This document shows, one piece after another, positions 59,086-64,000 of a stretch of DNA of 64,000 nt (its first letter is position 1; each line of letters begins with the position of its first letter). The stretch comes from an uncultured Acholeplasmataceae bacterium. Lineage in GTDB: Bacteria > Bacillota_I > Bacilli_A > ML615J-28 > CAG-698. The notes beneath the pieces were generated by a model, which worked only from the letters and a program-made list of their open reading frames with translations, was not told the DNA's origin and did not search any database. Made by a program: the position numbers and the translations under genes. The stretch covers positions 6,804-70,803 of the forward strand of contig CAUTZD010000003.1 in assembly GCA_963542825.1 (NCBI GenBank), read 5' to 3'.

Positions 59086-60406
59086 AAAGTTTCCACCTCT
59101 ATTAACAATTGTTTTAAGTTTTGTCCTGGTTGTCTTTTTAGGATCATGTTTACTTATTCTGCCGATATCAGTAAAGGAAGGAGTTAGAATAAGTTATCTT
59201 GATGCTCTGTTCACATCAGCTAGTGCTACATGTGTAACAGGGCTTGTGTCAACTCCGCCTCTTGCTACGACGTTTTCAGTTTTTGGAAAAGTAGTTATTT
59301 ATTTTCTCATTCAAATTGGTGGGTTAGGAGTCATAACGATATCGATTGCTATTCTCTCAATTTTTGGCTATAAGTTTGGAATAAGCGATCGGTTCTTAAT
59401 GAAGGACGCTTTAAACCAAAACGGCATCAGAGGAATTGTTAGACTCGTTTTAGCAGCAATTATTATTAGTTTTAGTTTCCAGTTTGTAGGAACGATGGTT
59501 AATTTAATTGTTTTTACGAAAAGATATTCATTTGGTAAGGCTTTACTGATTTCTTCGTTTCATGCAAGTAGCGCTTTCAACAATGCTGGTTTTGATATCA
59601 TTTCATGTGACGGATCTAGTTTAATGAGTTATAAAGATGATATCATTTTGAATCTTAATACGGCTTTTCTCATTATTTTCGGAGGACTTGGATTCCTTGT
59701 TCATTACGAAATTATCACAAGAAGAAGCTGGAAGAAATTTTCATCACACACGAAGATTGTTTTGAAGATGACATTTTTCCTTTTAATATTTGGATTCCTA
59801 CTTCTTAAAATAATTGCGTATAATAAAGTCAGCTGGCTACAAGCGTTCTTTAGCTCTGTTAGTAGTAGAACTGCCGGATTTCAGACGGTTGATTTAAATG
59901 TTATGGTTCCAGCGTTTTCCCTTGTAACTATAATTTTAATGTATATAGGTGTGAGCCCCGCATCAACGGGTGGAGGCATTAAAACAACAACACTTTATAC
60001 AATTCTAAAAACAACTGCTGCAACGGCAACTGGTCGTCCTCCACTTATCTACAATAAGCGGATTAGTCAAACAAGCATCATTAAAGCTTTAACCTTGATT
60101 GTGGCAAGTCTTGCGTGGATTATGTTTGTTGTGGTTATTATATCATCGATTGAATATAATAACGTCAAGCTTGACCATAGTGATCGCTTCGTTGAGAAAA
60201 TCATTTTCGAAGTGTTCTCGGCATTCACAACAACTGGTAAGAGTTTTGGGATAACTGGAAGCCTTCATCCTGTTAGTAAACTATTTTTGATATTATCGAT
60301 GCTTATTGGACGCGTTGGTCCAATCACTTTCATTTCGATTTTTGCGAAACGACTTCACCAGTTTGAAGAGAGTTATTATTTAGAAGATACGATTATCGTA
60401 GGTTAG
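59072..60406 (+). CDS. ktrB: TrkH/KtrB-family K+ transporter membrane subunit
   Basis: Four MPM repeats with selectivity-filter-like GGLG/TGG motifs. 444 aa. Confidence 0.85.
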   Translation: MVRIKKFPPLLTIVLSFVLVVFLGSCLLILPISVKEGVRISYLDALFTSASATCVTGLVSTPPLATTFSVFGKVVIYFLIQIGGLGVITISIAILSIFGYKFGISDRFLMKDALNQNGIRGIVRLVLAAIIISFSFQFVGTMVNLIVFTKRYSFGKALLISSFHASSAFNNAGFDIISCDGSSLMSYKDDIILNLNTAFLIIFGGLGFLVHYEIITRRSWKKFSSHTKIVLKMTFFLLIFGFLLLKIIAYNKVSWLQAFFSSVSSRTAGFQTVDLNVMVPAFSLVTIILMYIGVSPASTGGGIKTTTLYTILKTTAATATGRPPLIYNKRISQTSIIKALTLIVASLAWIMFVVVIISSIEYNNVKLDHSDRFVEKIIFEVFSAFTTTGKSFGITGSLHPVSKLFLILSMLIGRVGPITFISIFAKRLHQFEESYYLEDTIIVG

Positions 60407-60415
60407 GAGAAAAAT

Positions 60416-61075
60416 ATGAAAAAAACATTTGCCGTCATTGGACTTGGGCGCTTTGGTCTTTCAATATTTAAAGAACTGGTAGCAACAAACCAAGACGTTA
60501 TTGCTATCGACATTTTGCGTGACAATGTTAAGAAAGCTTCCGAATTTTCTGATAAGTGTTTTATTTGCGATGCTACTGACAAAAAAGGACTTGTTGATTT
60601 AGGAATTAAAAATGTTGATCATGCCATTGTCAGTGTTCCCTCAGATTTACAAGCTTCAATTTTATCAACAATTATTCTAAACGATCTGAAGATTCCCCGA
60701 ATTACTGTTCGGATAGATGACGAACTGTACCGTCCAGTTTTTTTAAAGCTTGGGGCAACAGATGTCATAAATCCTCAAGAAATTATTGGAGCCCGGCTTG
60801 CTAATAACATCGTTAGTAGCAATCTAACCGATTACTATAAAATTGATAGCGACTATGGTGTAGCAGAAATCAAGGTTGGCGAGAATTTTACAGCCATCGA
60901 TATCGAAAAGTTTAATCCTCGTAATAATTATAATGTTAACGTTATGGTTGTAAGAAAAGGAAACAAAGCACTCATTGCTAATCGTAAGACGATGATCGAA
61001 AAAAACGATACGCTAATTGTTTTTGGTCGCAAGGAAGATCTTATTAAACTAGGAGTAATCCTCAATAAAAACTAA
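60416..61075 (+). CDS. ktrA: TrkA/KtrA RCK-domain regulatory subunit
   Basis: Rossmann GxGxxG (VIGLGRFG) plus a C-terminal RCK_C domain. Confidence 0.85.
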   Translation: MKKTFAVIGLGRFGLSIFKELVATNQDVIAIDILRDNVKKASEFSDKCFICDATDKKGLVDLGIKNVDHAIVSVPSDLQASILSTIILNDLKIPRITVRIDDELYRPVFLKLGATDVINPQEIIGARLANNIVSSNLTDYYKIDSDYGVAEIKVGENFTAIDIEKFNPRNNYNVNVMVVRKGNKALIANRKTMIEKNDTLIVFGRKEDLIKLGVILNKN

Positions 61076-61123
61076 TTGCGGTTTTTAGATTGTTATGATA
61101 GAATGAATAGAATAGGTGAAATA

Positions 61124-61648
61124 ATGGACGAAAAAGAAAAAAAGAATATTAAACCCTCAATGCTTAACAAAGCATTTGAATTATTTGAGACCCAAAAAAG
61201 ACCCAAGAGTTTGACTTTTCGCAGTATCGTGAATAGTGTTTTTAAAGACACTAAACAGCCATCAGAAGAAAAGATTGCTAGGTTCTGGGCTGATTTTATG
61301 AACAGCGGTCTTTTTGTTTATTGTGGTGATAATTCTAAGGGTGAACAGGTTTGGGATCTAAAAGCTCGTAAATCAGTAGCGATACTTGATAAGAGTAGTT
61401 ATGATCTTGAATATATCGACAATTCTGATGACGAACAAGAAGCACTAACTAATGAGCTTAAAGACGGAATTAATGAGGAAGACGATATCCTTGAAAGAGC
61501 TCGCAATTACGAAGAAAGCGAAGATGACACCGATGACACTGATTTTGATGATGAAGATGTTGAACTTGACGCAACAGGAGAAGATGTGAATATCACACTC
61601 GACGATGCTGATTTCGGTGATGAAGATATTGAAGATACAGACGAATAA
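61124..61648 (+). CDS. rpoE: Probable RNA polymerase delta subunit (RpoE-like) with an acidic C-terminal tail
   Basis: Basic/globular N-terminal 100 aa followed by a D/E-rich tail (DDTDDTDFDDEDVELD...EDIEDTDE). The start was moved to the internal ATG with an AGGTGA RBS. Assignment is by architecture only. Confidence 0.55.
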   Translation: MDEKEKKNIKPSMLNKAFELFETQKRPKSLTFRSIVNSVFKDTKQPSEEKIARFWADFMNSGLFVYCGDNSKGEQVWDLKARKSVAILDKSSYDLEYIDNSDDEQEALTNELKDGINEEDDILERARNYEESEDDTDDTDFDDEDVELDATGEDVNITLDDADFGDEDIEDTDE

Positions 61649-61656
61649 ATAGTTAT

Positions 61657-61690
61657 TAAAAGAACTTTTTAACTAAAAGTTCTTTTTTAT
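61657..61690 (+). terminator. Terminator after the rpoE-like gene
   Basis: AAAAGAACTTTTT-aactaa-AAGTTCTTTTTT. Confidence 0.7.
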
Positions 61691-61749
61691 TTTGGTTTTT
61701 CTTTGATTAATTTGCTTATTGTAGTACACTTATTACATGGAGGACAAAA

Positions 61750-62757
61750 ATGTCTATATCTGTTAATCAAAAAAGAAGCTTAAACGTTATTCTTTTCATA
61801 ACGGGAATTGTGTCTTTATTCTATTATTCAAATCTTGTTTTTTTGTATAACATCATAAGCTGGATGGGCTATGGAGAGCTACATAATTTTACTAATAATT
61901 GGTTCTGGTTTACTGCGTTAAGTTTGCCTTATCCTTTATTAATAATGGGATATGGAGTTCAGTTTATATTAATTTTTCTAAAACCGAATAAGAAAAGATT
62001 CATTTTTTCAATAGTATCTTATTCGTTAATTGCTATTCTTTTCGCAGAACTTATTTTTGTTTATGATATTACTGCAGAAATCGGGATTTTTTGTTTTTCT
62101 GAGACTATTGGTATCGTTCCTTGGTCATTTACACACTTACTATTTTTATTAACTATCATGGTTAATTTTGGTTTAGCGGTTTTTCTTACACATATCAAAA
62201 TTAGAGGAGAACAAAAAGAAGAAAGTTTACATGACGAAAAGATTATTAAAACTAAAATCGGAATAGCTTATTTAGTTATTGCAACAGTTTCTTTTACACT
62301 GATAGTTTTTTATATAACTAGTGTTTCTCAAATTATGGGTGTTTTTCTTCGCGAAAAACTGAGAGGTTATGAATTTAAAAATTTTATATATGCAAAGAAC
62401 ATTGATGAAATATTACTTTCCGCTGTACTTGTATTTCAAGTAATGCTTATGATTGGAGTTACTCTTCAGATTGTTTCAATAATTGATAATAAGAAAAGAA
62501 AGCAAGGATTAACAGGAATTATTCTTCAGGCAACAAGCGTCATATCTTCCCTTCTATATTTCCCCTATTGTTTCAAAAATGAATTTAAAGAAATTAAAGC
62601 TGAAGAAATTTCTTATATAATATTATACTCTCTAACTATTGCCGTTTTTATTAGTTGTATGGTCATGTTTTTCATTTTTAGAAAGCAGAATAAGTTAGCT
62701 GAAACCAGGAATATTAGGATAGAACAACAAGGAAAAAAGAATGATTATATCAACTAA
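61750..62757 (+). CDS. Polytopic membrane protein, paralog family member 2
   Basis: See 35381-36391. Shares GYGVQFILIFLKPNKKRFIFSIVSY and FLTHIKIRGEQKEESL with member 3. Confidence 0.55.
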   Translation: MSISVNQKRSLNVILFITGIVSLFYYSNLVFLYNIISWMGYGELHNFTNNWFWFTALSLPYPLLIMGYGVQFILIFLKPNKKRFIFSIVSYSLIAILFAELIFVYDITAEIGIFCFSETIGIVPWSFTHLLFLLTIMVNFGLAVFLTHIKIRGEQKEESLHDEKIIKTKIGIAYLVIATVSFTLIVFYITSVSQIMGVFLREKLRGYEFKNFIYAKNIDEILLSAVLVFQVMLMIGVTLQIVSIIDNKKRKQGLTGIILQATSVISSLLYFPYCFKNEFKEIKAEEISYIILYSLTIAVFISCMVMFFIFRKQNKLAETRNIRIEQQGKKNDYIN

Positions 62758-63691
62758 ACAAAACAAAGCTTTATTATCGATTTTATTTATAACGGCTATT
62801 TTATCGTGGTTTTATTATTCGATTCTTGTCTTTCCATGGAATTCTATAAGTTGGGATTTCTTTTCGACTGTAGATTTTTTTGACAATTATATTTTCCTAG
62901 AACTACTAGATTTTGTTGTGCCGTTTCTTTTGCTAATAATAGGATATGGCATTCAGTTAACGCTAATATTTTTAAAGCGAAATAAAAGAAGATTTATATT
63001 TTCAATAATTTCATATGTAGCGACAATTCTTCTTTTTGCTGAGCTTATTTTCATTTATAGTGTTGATAATGAAGTTGGAATTTTTGATGTTCCCGAGTAT
63101 ATCGGTATTGTCCCTTGGTCGTTTTTGCATTTACTCTTCTTGCTAATAATAGTATTCAATTTTAGTTTAAAAATATTTCTGACACATATCAAAATTAGGG
63201 AAGAACAAAAAGAAGAAAGTTTAGATGACAAAAAGATTATTAAAGCAAAGACCGGGATAGCTTATTTAACAGTTTCGACGATTGCTTTTGTATTCATAAC
63301 ATTTTATTTAACTAGCGCTTCTCAAATTGCATTACATTTCTTTTATGATAGATTTAACAATCACAAAATAAAAGATTTACACAAAATATTATCTTCATTT
63401 GTACTTATGTTTCAGGAAATTTTAATGATCGGGGTAATTCTTCAAATCGTGTCGATGATTGATAGTAGTAGAAATAGGTTAGGATTAACAGGAATTATTT
63501 TACAGATTGTGGGTATCGTTTCTTCCTTTGCATATATTCCATATGCTTTAAGCACCAAATATAAAGGATATGTTATTAGTCTAATATTTTATCCCTTAAC
63601 TATTGTTGTTTTTATTAGTAGTGTAGTTGTGTTTTTTATTTTTAGAAAACAAAATAAACAAAGTCAAATGGAAACTCTTAAATTAGAATAA
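62741..63691 (+). CDS. Polytopic membrane protein, paralog family member 3 (tandem duplicate)
   Basis: About 60% identical to member 2 by eye. Overlaps it by 17 nt. A terminator hairpin AACAGCGGTGTG-aaatta-TCACACCGTTTTT follows at 63702-63733. Confidence 0.55.
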   Translation: MIISTKQNKALLSILFITAILSWFYYSILVFPWNSISWDFFSTVDFFDNYIFLELLDFVVPFLLLIIGYGIQLTLIFLKRNKRRFIFSIISYVATILLFAELIFIYSVDNEVGIFDVPEYIGIVPWSFLHLLFLLIIVFNFSLKIFLTHIKIREEQKEESLDDKKIIKAKTGIAYLTVSTIAFVFITFYLTSASQIALHFFYDRFNNHKIKDLHKILSSFVLMFQEILMIGVILQIVSMIDSSRNRLGLTGIILQIVGIVSSFAYIPYALSTKYKGYVISLIFYPLTIVVFISSVVVFFIFRKQNKQSQMETLKLE

Positions 63692-63809
63692 AATAAAAAA
63701 CAGCGGTGTGAAATTATCACACCGTTTTTAACTGGGTAAAACAAACTTATAAAAAAAGTCGTTCTTTGTTTTCTTTTTTTGGTATAATTAAAGCGAAAGG
63801 AGGAGAGAA

Positions 63810-64000
63810 ATGAAAACAAACCGTTCAGGAATAATTGCATTTTTATTAAACATTATTACTTTTGGGATTTTTGGTATCGTTTTAATGTTTCAAAAGGCAA
63901 AAGAAGTCAACGTTACTTGTAAAGAAGATGGCGAGCACACAAGAAACCCTCTTTCTGCTTTTATTATAATGCTACTTCTTAGTTTGGTTGGTGTTGGTCC
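63810..64000 (+). CDS. Small membrane protein, 3'-truncated at the window edge
   Basis: Extended -10 TGGTATAAT at 63780-63788. RBS GGAGGAGAG. The N-terminal TM helix is IIAFLLNIITFGIFGIVLMF. Confidence 0.4.
   Translation, partial: MKTNRSGIIAFLLNIITFGIFGIVLMFQKAKEVNVTCKEDGEHTRNPLSAFIIMLLLSLVGVG

Noticed and set aside
61076-61123. Upstream part of the 190-aa ORF (MRFLDCYDRMNRIGEI)
   Set aside because: It abuts the ktrA stop with no spacer. The internal ATG at 61124 has an RBS and yields a size typical of RpoE.

Overview
The window is a low-GC (roughly 30% by eye), standard-code chromosomal segment from a Firmicutes/Mollicutes-like genome (TGG is used for Trp and long ORFs are intact, so TGA is a stop). 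It spans the replication-origin neighbourhood. Gene orientation switches at about 40.7 kb, with genes to the left mostly on the minus strand and genes to the right mostly on the plus strand. That places the likely oriC in the 208-bp spacer upstream of dnaA.

Recognisable backbone, left to right:
- prs, ispE, rsmA (ksgA) and rnmV.
- A 6-gene ABC uptake operon that also carries a staphylococcal-nuclease-like lipoprotein.
- recR, ybaB and an unusually long dnaX.
- A T-box leader followed by asnS.
- A 982-aa lipoprotein with Listeria-Bacteroides repeats (Pfam family Flg_new) and an Endonuclease-I domain.
- trxA, ppdK and mnmE.
- jag, yidC, rnpA and rpmH, then dnaA and dnaN.
- An S4-like yaaA, recF, gyrB, gyrA, serS and pepA.
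- A HIT-family gene, two NrnA-like DHH proteins, surE and a Nudix hydrolase.
- ktrB, ktrA and an rpoE-like gene.

No rRNA, tRNA or CRISPR array was seen.

Features that stand out:
1. A plasmid-type partition pair sits inside the normally contiguous dnaN-yaaA-recF junction: a small ParA-family ATPase plus a ribbon-helix-helix (RHH) protein, on the opposite strand to their neighbours. It is followed by a 1.6-kb gene-free block that contains exact 20-bp direct repeats and about 1.1 kb of helically phased A-tracts.
2. A MalEFGK-like ABC operon is translationally coupled to a thermonuclease lipoprotein. Its ATPase carries a 230-aa N-terminal extension and a Flg_new-like insertion in its regulatory domain. 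The operon is preceded by a promoter, a 32-codon ORF and a terminator, which looks like an attenuator.
3. An 8-kb accessory block separates mnmE from jag. It holds two tandem ABC ATPase-FtsX permease fusions, a Fic protein whose catalytic motif reads RPF..ANGR instead of HPF..GNGR, a member of a three-copy membrane-protein family, and a Cys-rich secreted protein.
4. A membrane-anchored NrnA has an internal Shine-Dalgarno sequence and ATG that could produce a second, soluble isoform.
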